49,181 nucleotides of DNA, taken from positions 1-49,181 of the forward strand of contig JWZX01003254.1 in assembly GCA_001275005.1 (NCBI GenBank). The letters are read 5' to 3'. Under the pieces are notes generated by a model. It ran no database searches and was not told where the DNA came from. It was given only the letters and a program-made list of their open reading frames with translations. Source of the stretch: Chrysochromulina tobinii (Eukaryota). Below, in pieces: positions 31,613 to 43,168 of this stretch (positions are counted from its first letter, which is position 1; the number at the start of each line of letters is the position of its first letter). The position numbers were made by a program, and so were the translations under genes.

Positions 31613-33003
31613 TGTCATCACCGCTGCTGCCGCTGGCGCATCGCCGAGAGCTCGGCATGGCGCTCGCCTCCGCAACGGCCACGCCTGCAAAGGCACCACC
31701 GACGTCGCGTGCACTAGAGCCTGCTTCGTCGCCCCACTCAGTGCCGTGCCGCCCGCGCCCAGCGAAACCCGACGACGGCTCAGCACTGGGTGCAAGCGAT
31801 GATGGCGTACCTGGCCACAATGGGCGTGGGAGCGGGCTCGGCGGTGCCATCGCGACCGGTACGAAGCCCGGTGCCAGCAGGCGTGAGTCCACCATCAGCC
31901 GTATCGTGCGCCACGTCGTCCGGCGGCTCCACCACAGTCGCCGACTCGAGGGCCGCTGCCCCTATCTCCTGCTGGAGCTCGTGAATCACCAAAGCGAGCC
32001 GCCCTACACTCCCGACGCCTTGGCCGCCCCCCAGCCCCCCGTCGATGGAGAAGGCCTCGCGGCGGAGCGTCTCGGCAAGCCGACTCAGCCGCTCGAAACG
32101 CTCCGCCACGCGTGTCGCGCGGCTGCTCAGCTCGTACTGCAAGCTCTCGAGTCGGCTCTTGAAGCGGCTGAGCGCCTGGCGCGTTCGCACGCCGCTCTCT
32201 GCCAGCGCCGCCGCTGCCTCGTCGCGCGCCGCTTCGGCAGCCAGCCGACGCTCGCACTCGCGCGCGGCGGAGGCACGTGCGAGATCGAGCTGTGCCTCCA
32301 TCGCCTCGGCCACCTCTTTCGCCTCGCGCGTGATGGCAGTCGCCTCTGCATGCTCCACTTCCGCCTTCGCGAGCTTCGCCTCTGCCTTGTCGCGCTCGGC
32401 GGCCGCCGCCAGGCGCGCCGCGATAGCTTCTTGCTTGAGTGCCTCCGCGGGCTCACGCCACGCTGCGCGCGCCGCTTCGTGCCGCGTGCGCTCGTCGGCC
32501 AGTGTTGCCTCGTGCTGCGCTCGCAACTCCGCCAACGCGGCCTCGCCCTGCGCATGCGCTGCGGCCCGCGCCTCAAGCAGCGCCGCGGAGTGCTCGCCAC
32601 GCGCCTTGGCCAGAGCCTCCTCACCCTTGGCGAGCGCCTCGGCGACCATGCTACGTGCCGCGTCGCGAGCCATCTCGGCCTCATTGCGGGCAGCCTCCGC
32701 CGCCTCCCGCCGCTCTCGGTCACGCCCCGCCTCTTTCTTGGCGCTGACGAGGCGGTCACCCACCGGACCGACAAGGTCGGCCGCATCCTGCTCGGCGCGG
32801 ATGAGTTCGCGGTGGAGCACTTCCATCTGTACCTTCATCGTCGCGCGCTTGCGCTGCACATCGCCGAGTGACTCTTGCGCCGTCGCCGCGGCGCGTGCTG
32901 AGGCGATCACGCGGGCCTCGCAGCGGCTGAGAGCCGTGCGGCTCTCGAGCAGCTGCCGGCGCAGGTGCGGCAGCGGCCATCGATGAAAGGTGCACTCGTC
33001 ATT

Positions 33004-33037
<34 letters not shown>

Positions 33038-33075
33038 TCGTCCGTGGGCGCGTCGGCCAGTGGAATTGCCGCCAT
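30168..33075 (-). CDS. Long coiled-coil protein, probably one gene with an intron near 31811-31892
   Basis: Two overlapping Ala/Glu/Arg-rich heptad ORFs (33075-31780 and 31895-30168). A phase-1 GT-AG intron 31892-31811 would join them in frame, but the donor is weak. No family recognised. Confidence 0.55.
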
Positions 33076-33273
33076 TGACTTACCGGTAGCAGTTCAACAC
33101 AGATTTTAATGAGTTCCCTCAAGCCAAATCACTTGACCCACAGGAGCGCGGCCCCGCGTGAGGTGATTTGGGTCGCGGCTCTCTGAGATATGAGAGTGCA
33201 TTATAGAAGACACTGGTTCACAAATTCGCTGGGGCGCGCCGTCCACAAAGTCAAAGAGGAGACGATTCCGTGT

Positions 33274-33300
33274 AAGTCAAGTCAAGTGTTGACTTGACTT
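33274..33300. repeat. Perfect 12-bp stem hairpin made of opposed (GTCAA)n/(TTGAC)n units over the SGNH stop codon
   Basis: aagtcaagtcaa-gtg-ttgacttgactt. Confidence 0.8.
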
Positions 33301-34098
33301 GACTTCCGTTTTGGCCGGGCAGCAGGGGATTGGGAACAGGTCCCAGTCTCGCAGAGCATCCATGGCAGCCTCGCGAAGGAAGTCTTGCTCCTCATCGCCA
33401 AGCGCACTGCTGCCAGCAGGCAAGTGGCAGGCACGTTCAGCACCCAGCATGACCGCGCGAATGGTCACAGCGTTGAGCCATCGACCTGCAATGGTCGGGT
33501 GCTCCTCATCGGGATCGAGCAGAGGGCAGCTCTCATCACGCTCGAAGGCCAGCTGGTGTGCGAGACCGGCAGGTGCAATCGCCACTTTGTGAGCCTGTTC
33601 CACGAGCTTGTGCGCCATGCAAATGTCAAGAAGGCTTGTGTGCGCAAGGCGGCGGTAGGCATGCGTCATGAAGACCACCGGCACCGCACCGGCTTCACGG
33701 ATGGCGGCGATAAACTTGGCCACCGCGCGCTCAAACTGCTCATGGATGGCGACCCATCGCTCGCGTGAATCAGAGCGGCTCGTCTTGTACTCGGGCGGGT
33801 CGTCTTGCAGAACGACGACATCCCATGCGCCATCGCGGATCTGCTTCTGTGCCTCTCCAATCTTCCAGATTTGGGCCAATGTCGCACCCGGCACAGTCTC
33901 CTCGTGAGCGTCGAATCCCCACTCTCGCCATAGCACGTCTTGTCCGCCAGCCCAATAGGTGAGGCTGTTGCCGATGAACAGCACCCGCTTTCCAACAAAC
34001 GCAGCCGAGCCCAGCAAGCCTGCGTGATCATGACTTAATGTGAGGCTCAGCCGCGCCTCCTCATCTCGTCTGCTGAAGGCGAGGAGGATGGACTGCAT
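33277..34098 (-). CDS. SGNH/GDSL-type hydrolase
   Basis: Block I RVLFIGNSLTY, PGATL, WDVVVLQD, and DEEHPT (DxxH catalytic motif). First ATG at 34098. Confidence 0.8.
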   Translation of the reverse strand: MQSILLAFSRRDEEARLSLTLSHDHAGLLGSAAFVGKRVLFIGNSLTYWAGGQDVLWREWGFDAHEETVPGATLAQIWKIGEAQKQIRDGAWDVVVLQDDPPEYKTSRSDSRERWVAIHEQFERAVAKFIAAIREAGAVPVVFMTHAYRRLAHTSLLDICMAHKLVEQAHKVAIAPAGLAHQLAFERDESCPLLDPDEEHPTIAGRWLNAVTIRAVMLGAERACHLPAGSSALGDEEQDFLREAAMDALRDWDLFPIPCCPAKTEVKSSQHLT

Positions 34099-34298
34099 GC
34101 GCAAAAACACGTTGTGTGAACAGTCAGTGAACAAGTCAAAAAATTACAGAGATTTCTGCGCCCTCGACCTCGATGATTGAACCGTTTCGAGGAGTGCGTA
34201 AACGGCGAATTCTTCACGATGTGTTTATCTTTGCTGGCTGGCGTCTTGCGGAATAGAGGAGGGAGCCACGTTCTACCTCATCGGACGAAGATCACATC

Positions 34299-37200
34299 AT
34301 GGCACCGAAAAAGAAGGAGAAGGACCCAGACCTCGACCCGTCCGCTGCGGCGCGTGCCTACGTCAACCCGACGCCCAAAGGCGAGTGCAAGAGCATGTCC
34401 GAGCCGATGGAGCCAAGCTACAAGCCGCATGCCGTCGAGGCGTCTTGGAATGATTGGTGGGAGGCATCCGGGTACTACCTGGCGTCGAGCGACCCAGAGG
34501 ACAACCGGCCGAAGTTTTCCATCTGCCTGCCGCCACCCAACGTCACCGGCGCGCTCCACCTGGGCCACGCGCTCACCGTGGCCGTGCAGTACCTGCTCTG
34601 CCGGTGGCACCGCATGCGAGGCTACAACGTGCTCTGGATCCCTGGCACGGACCACGCAGGCATCGCGACGCAGGTGGTGGTCGAGAAGCTGCTCAAGAAG
34701 AGCGGGCAGCCGAACCGGCACGAGATGGGGCGCGAGGCCTTCGTCGCCAAGGTGTACGAGTGGAAGGACAAGTACGGCAACAAAATCTATAGCCAGATGC
34801 GTCGGATGGGCTGCTCGCTCGACTGGTCACGCGAGGTGTTCACAATGGACCCGCCGCGCGCGCGCTCGGTGCAGGCGGCGTTCCTGCAGTTCCACAAGGA
34901 CAAGGTCATCTACCGCGACGTGCGCCTCACCAACTGGTGCTGCGCGCTGCAGTCGGTCATCTCCAATCTGGAGGTTGACCAGGAGCCGATCACCAAGCGC
35001 ACCAAGAGGAAGGTGCCCGGCCACAAGTTCGATTCGTATGTCTTTGGCGTGATCTGGTCGTTTGCGTACAAGGTCGAGGGCTCGGACGAGGAAGTGGTCG
35101 TCGCGACGACGCGTCCCGAGACGATGCTCGGCGACACCGCGGTGGCAGTTCACCCAGACGATCCCCGGTACAAGCAGCTCCACGGACGCTTCCTCGTTCA
35201 TCCCTTCGTGCCACGCAAGATCCCGATCGTGACGGACGCGGTGCTCGTCGACATGAGCTTCGGGACGGGCGCGGTCAAGGTCACGCCCGCGCACGACCCG
35301 AATGATTTCAAGTGCGGCCGCCGTAACGGCCTCGAGGAGATCACGATCTTCACTGATGAGGGTCAGATGGCGGCCAATTGCGGACAGTTTGAGGGCATGA
35401 TGCGCTTCGACGCGCGCGTGGCTGTGCTCAAGGCGCTCAAGGATCTTGGGCTCTTCCGCGGCGAGCAGGATAACGCAATGACCATCCCCATCTGCAGCCG
35501 GACTGGTGACATCATCGAGCCAGTCCTCAAGCCCCAGTGGTGGGTCGATTGCACCGGGATGGCAAAGCGCGCCGCGGACGCAGTGCGCAACGGCGAGCTG
35601 ACCATCCTGCCCAAGGAGGCGGAGAAGGTGTGGTTCCACTTCCTTGACAACATCCAGGACTGGTGCGTCTCGCGCCAGCTCTGGTGGGGCCACCGCATCC
35701 CAGCGTACTTTGCCAAGGTCGACGGCGTCGACGTGGGCGTACACGTGGCGGCGACCGAGGCGGAGGCGCGCGAGGCAGCGCTCAAAGAGCACGGCTGCCG
35801 GCCGGAGCAGCTCACGCTCACGCAGGACGAGGACGTGCTCGACACGTGGTTCTCGTCGGGCCTGTTCCCCTTTTCGTGCCTCGGCTGGCCCGACCAATCG
35901 TCGGCCGATTTGCAGGCATGGCACCCGACGTCACTGCTTGAGACGGGCCAAGACATCCTCTTCTTCTGGGTCGCGCGGATGGTCATGTGCTCGCTGCAGC
36001 TCACGAACAAGCTGCCGTTCACCACCGTGTACCTGCACTCGATGGTGCGCGATAAGTACGGTCGCAAGATGTCCAAGTCGCTCGGCAACGTCATCGATCC
36101 TCTAGAGGTCATCGAAGGCGTCTCCCTCGACGCCCTGTGCGCGAAGCTCCGCGAGGGCAATCTCGCCGAGGCCGAGGTGGCCAAGGCCGAGGAGATGAAC
36201 CAGAAGGAGTATCCCCAGGGCATCCCCGAGTGCGGATCGGATGCTCTTCGTTTCGGGCTGCTCGCGCACGTGGGCGTCGGCCGCGACATCAACCTCGACG
36301 TGCAGGCCGTCGCCGGCTACTCCAAGTTCTGCAACAAGTTGTGGAACGCGACGCGCTTCGCCTTCCTGTACCTCGGCACGGACGGCGCGATCTTCACGCC
36401 GCTGCCGCTGAGCGCCGAGCTGGGCGCCCTCCCCGACAAGTGGATCCTCTCCAAGCTCGCCAAGACCGTCGAGACGATGGACAAGCTGCTCAAGGACTAC
36501 CAGATCTCACTCGCGGCCGAGGCAATCTACGCCTTCTGGTACAACTGCCTGTGCGACGTGTACCTGGAGGCGATCAAGCCGGTGATGCAGCTCGACAGCG
36601 CCGAGCCGGCCAATGCCGCCACGAAGCATGCGACACAGACGGTCCTGCACGCGTGCCTAAGTTACGGCCTGCGGCTGCTCCACCCGTTCATGCCGATGGT
36701 CACCGAGGAGCTCTACCACCGCCTCGCGCTGCTCTGCGGCCAGCCGCGCAGCACCGTCATGCTCGCCAAATACCCCGAGCCAGCCGACGCCGTCGGCGCT
36801 CTGCGCTCGGCGGCCGCGGAGGAGACGATGGAGACGCTGATGAAGATCGGCGGCGCCATCCGCGCGCTGCGTGCACTGTACCTCAAGGGCGCGCTCGAGA
36901 AGCACGCGCCACTCATCTACGTCGTGTGCCGGCAGCCCTCGGTCGCGGCGCTCGTCGTGTCGCAGAACGATACCCTTTGCTCGCTCGCGCGCTCGTCCAA
37001 GTCGCCAGCGCCCGAGGCGATCAAGGTGGTACCCGATGGGGAGGCGCCGCCCGCCGGATGCGCCATGGAGGTGCTCGACCGCGACACCGAGGTGCACATC
37101 TTCCTCAAGGGTGTGGTCGACTTCTCTAAAGAGGTGCAGCGGCTCAAGAAGGAGATCGCGAGCGTGCAGGGGTTTCTGGACAAGGTGCTCAAAAAGGTGG

Positions 37201-37331
37201 CCGCGCCCTCGTACTATGAAAAGTGCCCGCAGGCGACCATCGACGAGGACGCCGCGAAGATCGAAGGGTACAAGAGCGAGCTGGTCACGCTGCAGAAGGC
37301 GTGCGACGCGTTCGCGGTGGAGGTGGCATGA
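34299..37331 (+). CDS. VARS1: Valyl-tRNA synthetase, cytosolic type
   Basis: PPPNVTGALHLGH, GTDHAGIATQ, ATTRPETMLGD, GTGAVKVTPAHD, DWCVSRQLWWGH, DVLDTWFSS, KMSKS, C-terminal coiled coil; 1010 aa, intronless. Confidence 0.97.
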   Translation: MAPKKKEKDPDLDPSAAARAYVNPTPKGECKSMSEPMEPSYKPHAVEASWNDWWEASGYYLASSDPEDNRPKFSICLPPPNVTGALHLGHALTVAVQYLLCRWHRMRGYNVLWIPGTDHAGIATQVVVEKLLKKSGQPNRHEMGREAFVAKVYEWKDKYGNKIYSQMRRMGCSLDWSREVFTMDPPRARSVQAAFLQFHKDKVIYRDVRLTNWCCALQSVISNLEVDQEPITKRTKRKVPGHKFDSYVFGVIWSFAYKVEGSDEEVVVATTRPETMLGDTAVAVHPDDPRYKQLHGRFLVHPFVPRKIPIVTDAVLVDMSFGTGAVKVTPAHDPNDFKCGRRNGLEEITIFTDEGQMAANCGQFEGMMRFDARVAVLKALKDLGLFRGEQDNAMTIPICSRTGDIIEPVLKPQWWVDCTGMAKRAADAVRNGELTILPKEAEKVWFHFLDNIQDWCVSRQLWWGHRIPAYFAKVDGVDVGVHVAATEAEAREAALKEHGCRPEQLTLTQDEDVLDTWFSSGLFPFSCLGWPDQSSADLQAWHPTSLLETGQDILFFWVARMVMCSLQLTNKLPFTTVYLHSMVRDKYGRKMSKSLGNVIDPLEVIEGVSLDALCAKLREGNLAEAEVAKAEEMNQKEYPQGIPECGSDALRFGLLAHVGVGRDINLDVQAVAGYSKFCNKLWNATRFAFLYLGTDGAIFTPLPLSAELGALPDKWILSKLAKTVETMDKLLKDYQISLAAEAIYAFWYNCLCDVYLEAIKPVMQLDSAEPANAATKHATQTVLHACLSYGLRLLHPFMPMVTEELYHRLALLCGQPRSTVMLAKYPEPADAVGALRSAAAEETMETLMKIGGAIRALRALYLKGALEKHAPLIYVVCRQPSVAALVVSQNDTLCSLARSSKSPAPEAIKVVPDGEAPPAGCAMEVLDRDTEVHIFLKGVVDFSKEVQRLKKEIASVQGFLDKVLKKVAAPSYYEKCPQATIDEDAAKIEGYKSELVTLQKACDAFAVEVA

Positions 37332-37951
37332 GGCGGCATGTGCGGCGGCCATGCCCGCCGCTGGTGGAGGAGGAGCTCGAGGGCTTTATCATGCGAGCTT
37401 CGTCTCCCTCGATCGTCTCCCTCGATCGTCTCCCGCTCTCTCGCGGCGGCGGGAGGACGACGAGCTTATGAGACGAGCTTGCGCGCGTTCGAGATGCCCA
37501 CGCATTCTGTGAGTGGAGGAGTGCTTTGCGTCGTGTGGTCGGCGCGCGCGCAGCTCGCAGTGCGCAGAGAGACGAGATCGCTGAGTGAGTGCCTCTGTGA
37601 GTCTGACCTCGGAGGCATACCCGATACCGCACGCGCGAGAGGCCGGAAAGTTAGCACCTGGGCTCCCTGCTGGACGCCTCCGCGCCGTCGGCGAGAGGTC
37701 GGGCCTCTCGATTGTTGGCCCTAGCTTGACGTTTCAGCTTTGACCACGAAGATTTTTCCTCGGCGTTGATTCGTCGTTCGTCTATCGAGACGCTGATTGC
37801 AGGCCAATCAGAAACTCGCTTTCTGTGGCGTCCAAGATCTAGACAGGTAATGCAAGGCCCCTCCCTGACGGCGATCGCCATTCTCCCGTCTCCCTGAAAT
37901 CCGCCTGACAGCATACGATTACGTCCAAATCCTCCTCCGCTCTCAGGGGAC

Positions 37952-39111
37952 ATGCTCGTTCTCCCCTCGCTGGCACTCATGGGCCAGCTCTTCATTCCGG
38001 TCGGTGCTGGGCCTCGGCTGCCGGACCTGTTCAACTCCCTGGTTGCCAGCATCGAGCGCGACATGCGCCTGCCCCCACGCCCGGCAAACCCGTGCGCTGA
38101 GGTACGCTATAAGCCCTGGCGCGCGGCACTCGCCACCCCGGCCCCTCAGTATCCGCCTACGCGGCCACCCCCTCATCACGCAACGCAAATCCAACGTAAC
38201 CCCCCCCCAACCTCTCGCAGGACCTGCGCCGCCTCCACTGCTCGGACACGGCGTGCCTGATGCGCAGCGCAGAGTCGCTCGTCCCGGCATGCGCCTCCCT
38301 CCTCCTGAGCGAGCCCGAGGCGTCGCCGGAGCCGCTCGAGCAGCCACGCCACTCATCCACGGGCAGCTACGGCTTCTTCACGATGGAGTCAACTTCGGCC
38401 GACGGCCACGTGCAGCGCATGAGCGGCCCGATCGGCCTCGCGCACATCTTCGGTCCGTCTGCGATGGGGCCACGCTCGGCGATGCACGCCCCTCGCCTCG
38501 AGCTCAGCGGCTCGTTCATACCGATGCTCGAGGACTTCCTCTCGGGTGGTGATGGCCCCTTGTTCGAGACCCTGTTCGAGCCGGAGCCGCGCCAGCCGCG
38601 CTACCAGCCCCGCCCGCCGCCGCGCCACCCGTGCGAGCGCGAGCCCGTCTGCCAGCGCGAGCTCCAGGACCACACGCGCCTCGACGGCGGCGTCGAGTGC
38701 CTCGTGCGCCATCTCGAGCAGCTCTCGCACGACTGCCAGTGCTACGTGCACCAGATGACTGGGGGGCGGCTGATTGGCATGCCGCCCCCCGCCCCCGCAC
38801 CGCACCCGGCCGTGCACGTGCACACCGTGCCACCACCGGTGGATTACGTCGTCGAGCCGAGCACGGTCACTGTCGAGATCGAGGAGGATGACGGCATGCC
38901 TCCCCGTGCTCACTGCCTGCTCGTCTTCACGCTCCTCTTCCTCCTCACCTTCCTCGTCGCGCGCTCGCTCGCCCGGCTGCTCTGCGGCCGGCGCACGCGC
39001 CAAGTGGTCGTCGTGCAGCCGAACCAGGCCAAGATTGTCGCCGTCGGCCCGATGGTCGCCGCGGAGATTGTGCAGGTGGCCGAGCCGGCTACCAAGAAGG
39101 ACAGGTCGTGA
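37952..39111 (+). CDS. Secretory/type I membrane protein with two Cys-rich (GLG1-like) repeats, 2 exons
   Basis: Exons 37952-38101 and 38221-39111 (phase 0, GT-AG). Hydrophobic N-terminus; PCAEDLRRLHCSDTACLMR..LVPAC and PCERE..VECLVRHLEQLSHDC; TM segment LLVFTLLFLLTFLVA followed by basic residues. Confidence 0.65.
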
Positions 39112-39770
39112 GGGAACGACGTGCCGCGGCACAGCGAATCGAGGGCAAGATTGGGCACGGCCGTGGCTGTGCCCAGACCGTGACAGGATTACGTGCATTC
39201 TGGGTAGGTGGGGTGCGCCCGAGCGCTGTGCATGCACATTCACCCCGTAGTGTTACTGGTGTGTTTACATCCGGAGGTTCGGACGGACGGACGGCGTCCC
39301 AGGCGAGTTATAGTGATTAGTGTGTGAGGTCACGTCAAGTGCAGCTGCCCGGGGGCGTACCGGGGGCGGGGCCTCAAATGTGTGTCGCGCCCAGGCGCGC
39401 TAGGTATGAATCCCAGGTCATATATGCGTTCGTGAGACGTGACCTCTGTCACCACGACGCGCGGTCCACACGCCGCGGCGCGACGGCATCCGGGGTCTCG
39501 TCTCGCGTCTCGGCCGCCCGCTGCCAGCTCATGTGCCAGCTGCCTCCGGCTCGCTGGTGGCTGGAAATTGTTTCGACTGGAAATTTGCGAAATCGTTCTT
39601 TGTGCGAAAACGCGGTCGCGCGCTGAGGCGCGCATACGACAATCGTTATCATCAATATCATGCGCGGGGTAACGACCGAACGTCCGTGTCGCCCGGACAT
39701 CGACGAACCGCGCGCTTATAAAGTTATAATCGTCCGCGCGGCTCATATGCTGTGTCTGCCGCTCTCGTCC

Positions 39771-40937
39771 TCACTCGTGGGGGACATCACGTAGCGCGCT
39801 GTCCGCGCCGGGCTGCGGCGCGGCGCCGGGCTGCGGCTCAGCCGAGCCAGCCTCAAGGACAAGGTCAAGCTCGACGAGGAGCGGGCAGTGGTCCGAGCCT
39901 AGGAACCCCTCACGCGAGGCGCCGCGGCCGCACACGAGCGCGCGCACCACGCGCACGCCCTCCCTCGGCACGATGCAGTAGTCGATTCGCATGCCCTTGT
40001 TGTAGTACCGCCCTTCGGCGGGAATGTTGACGCCCGGTGCGCCGCGCCAAGTGACGTCGCGTTGCCAGTCGGGTTCGGGCCACAAGCACCGATAGGCGTC
40101 AATCATGCGAGCGCGCTCGAGCGTACGGGCGAAGCGCGCCTGCTCGTTGGCCGTGAAGCCGGGCTGGCCGCGGTCGTCCGGATGCGCCGCGTCCGTGCCA
40201 TTCTGGTTTCGGAACCAACTGGGGTCCGGTCCAACGTCGTGCCAGCCTGCGGCGACGTTGAGGTCGCCGATCCATACGAGAGGACGTTCGCGCGGCGCAC
40301 AGAGCAGCGAGTCCAGCTCCACCTCCCACTGTCGCCGCCGCTCAAATGAAGCCTCGTTACTGCCGTTGTTGGGCACGTACGTGCCGAGAAGCTCAAGGTG
40401 CGCGAAGTGCGCGAGTATGACGCGGCCCTCCGGATGGTGCCGTCCGGCTGGCGCAGCTGCATCGAGGCTGTAGCGCACCTCGAGTGGCTGCGCGCGGTCC
40501 TTGCGCACGAGCAGGCCGCAGCCCGAGTATTTGTACTCGGCGAGCGACCAGTACGCCCGGTAGCCGGCCGAGCGCACGAAGTCGGCAATGGCGTCTGCTT
40601 CCTTGGACTGTGCGGGCGTCCCGCGCGCCATCTCAGACTGGCGCCGCGGCTTACCATCGCCCTTTTTGCAGCCAGGCGGCCCTGCAGCCGGCATCCGGAC
40701 CTCGGAGATGAATACGACGTCTGGAGCATGCTCCATGAGGAACTTTCTCACGGCCGACGCGTCTAGCTCCACACGCTGCAGGAGACTATTGGCGTTCCAG
40801 GTGACATAGCTTCGTACAGGTGGCTTCTCAGCAATGTTGCCATCGCTGGTGCCACCTCCAACTACGCTGTCCTCTTCGTCGCGTGGGCGCTTCTTCTCGG
40901 ACGACGCGCTTGGCTTGAAGAAGGAGGCGATGGACAT
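39771..40937 (-). CDS. APE1L: Exonuclease III/AP endonuclease, plant APE1L-like
   Basis: TWNANSL, PDVVFISEVRMPAAG, YSG, EGRVI, TYVPNNG, WIGDLNV, QPGFT, TWRG, GMRIDY, GSDHCP. First in-frame ATG at 40937. Confidence 0.9.
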   Translation of the reverse strand: MSIASFFKPSASSEKKRPRDEEDSVVGGGTSDGNIAEKPPVRSYVTWNANSLLQRVELDASAVRKFLMEHAPDVVFISEVRMPAAGPPGCKKGDGKPRRQSEMARGTPAQSKEADAIADFVRSAGYRAYWSLAEYKYSGCGLLVRKDRAQPLEVRYSLDAAAPAGRHHPEGRVILAHFAHLELLGTYVPNNGSNEASFERRRQWEVELDSLLCAPRERPLVWIGDLNVAAGWHDVGPDPSWFRNQNGTDAAHPDDRGQPGFTANEQARFARTLERARMIDAYRCLWPEPDWQRDVTWRGAPGVNIPAEGRYYNKGMRIDYCIVPREGVRVVRALVCGRGASREGFLGSDHCPLLVELDLVLEAGSAEPQPGAAPQPGADSALRDVPHE

Positions 40938-41538
40938 GCGTTGCGGAGCGGAGGCACTCGCTTTTTTGTCGCCGGGAGCAATGGCTAGAGACAAGAGAGA
41001 AGGCTACAGCGCAGTGCCGGAGCCATGAAAATGCGAATGTGTTTCACCGTGAAAAGAGAATTCATCTCAGATGCTGGAAGGGTTCGACTTTTACTGATCG
41101 AGGTTCAAGTGATTCTTACCGAACCACATGCCTATAATGCCCGGCACATATTTGGCCTAGGCGCAAACACATGTGGATCATGCTGGTCCTGGTGGCGGCA
41201 CACTCTGCACGGAGCAACACTACCGTCGCGATATCACTTTTGCACAGGGATCGGCGACCGGTGGTGCTTGCACATGGCACATGGGGCTGGGGACGTGTAC
41301 AACTAGGGCACGTTGACACTTTCTTCCAGAGCGAGCTTCGCCTGCCCCGGCCCTTAATCGCCTCGTCGCAAGCCTTGGTGCGTGAGCGCGCGCGTTGCGG
41401 TCGTGCTGTCATCCTGGACTTCTCACCTGAGGGCCTCGCTTGCTGCGGCCCTCGCCGGCGCCCTCAACGGCGCCGAGGATCGAATCCCCGGGCGCACTTA
41501 TTTGACTCCTGGCGCCGTGCGGCAGCAACCCCTCTCTA

Positions 41539-42637
41539 TTATGAGGCGCCGGCCTCGGACTTGGGCTGTTGCGCGGACTTGGTCTTGCTATTCGCCCATT
41601 TCAGCACATTCTGGAACGTCTCCATGTCGAGCTCGTCCACGTCCACCTCGACCTCCTTGTCGCCGCACTGCTGCACCGCCGCCTGGCACCCCCGCTGCAC
41701 TAGGCTGACCATCTGGTTCAGGTCCGCGAGCGTCAGCCGCGTGCAAAGGTCGTAAAATTTCTTCTTCTGCTGAAAGGTGGGCCATCCTGGCCGATCGGGG
41801 AGGGGACGACCCGGGTCTGCGGTGGCGGAGCGCGTAATCAAAGCAAAGCGGCGGTCGAAGATGGCGGCGAGGATGCCCGCGACGACGCCGATGAACGACT
41901 GCGCCGAGTTGTACGTGATCGCGTTCTGCCAAATTAGCCGCACGTCGTGCGCAAAGTCCTCAACTGACATGTACTGTGAGCGCTCCATCTTCTTGTGGAC
42001 GGTGCCGAGGTCCATCGGCTGAGAGATGACCTGCGGGTAGTCGTGCAGCTGGAGCGCGACGTGGTCGAGTGGCTCGCGGAACCACTCGGAGAAGGGGTTC
42101 TTGCGCATGTCCTCGAGCAGCAGCTGGCAGCGCTCCATAGAGCCAATATCGGGCGCGTTGACCGACTCTGCCTCCTTCTCGAGGTCCTCGCACCGCTTCT
42201 CGAAGACGTCGGAGAGCGTTTTGGCCGCCTTGAAGTACATCGAGTCGGGCGCGTTGAAGATGAAGGCGTTCTTCCACACGAGGCGCACGTCATTGATGAA
42301 GCTCTCAAGGCGCTCGTAGTGCGGCTTTTGCAGGTTTTCTGACACAGTGCCCAGGTCCATAGGCTCCTTGATCAGCTTGGGGTAGTCGACGAGCCCGAAC
42401 TTCTTCCACTCGACAGGCCGGCTGAAATGCACGCCCTGGCTGCGCTTCATGAGGCTCTTCACCAGCGCGTCGCACTGCGCGCGCGGAAGTGAGGAAGCAC
42501 GAGGGGCGGGGGCGTGAGCTCGAGGATGGGCTGTGAGGTGTGGTCGACCGGCTGGCACGCATGGTGGTTGCACGCAGTGGCTGCAGCTCTGAGAGGCCGT
42601 GTCTGGCGCGGACCTTGCGCTGCATAGCCTCGTCCAT
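41539..42637 (-). CDS. Compact BET-family protein: two bromodomains + ET domain, 2 exons, about 319 aa
   Basis: Exon 42637-42614 (MDEAMQRK), intron 42613-42475, exon 42474-41539. FSRPV..DYPKLIKEPMDLGTV..NAFIFN; WFREP..DYPQVISQPMDLGTV..NAITYN; ET: TFQQKKK..L..EVEVDVDELD. Confidence 0.9.
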
Positions 42638-43168
42638 CGGATTGAGCACGAAGGAGCTCGACACGCGCGATCGCTTGTCACGGTGCTGCGAGGCACAGAC
42701 GAGCGCAGAGAGACGACAGTGAGCGAGAGAGGGTGCTGTGGTGCGGCAAGGCTTCGCGCGCAGCTGCTGCTTCGCGCGCGTGCACACGCGTGCACGGCCC
42801 TCAGGCACTCGTTCAACAGACTGCAAGGCACGTGCGCTCAATGCACCTCATCAGCCATCTCGCCAAGCAAGGGCAAGTCTCTCTCTGAGAGACTTTGCGC
42901 CAGAGCGCCCTGCGTAGCCACAGGCGAAGCTCCTGTGTTCCTAGGAATTATTTGCTCGCGCGCTGTGGCCGGCGAGGCGACCATTTCGCTTTTATAGAAG
43001 GAGAAGTGCAGTGCACGTAGCACACGAGACCGCGCCGTCTTGTTTGATGACTCAATCTGTCAAGACACGACGTCTGACTCCCTCGCCGACTCCTAAACAT
43101 TTAAACGTTAGAAAACCCTAATCTATAGATCTGATCTAGATCAAGCGCCCCCCCCCCCTCCTTCCCCC

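Noticed and set aside
39112..39770. Short ORFs in intergenic regions 39112-39770, 17719-18280, 29702-30167 and 41027-41538
   Set aside because: No motifs or coding-like composition; no RNA gene or transposon terminus could be supported by eye.
2281..42637. Apparent cluster of nucleic-acid maintenance genes (TRIP4-AlkB, Ham1-Xpt, PDS5, DHH, APE1L, two aaRS)
   Set aside because: Interspersed with unrelated genes in mixed orientation; there is no evidence of a functional cluster without synteny or co-expression data.
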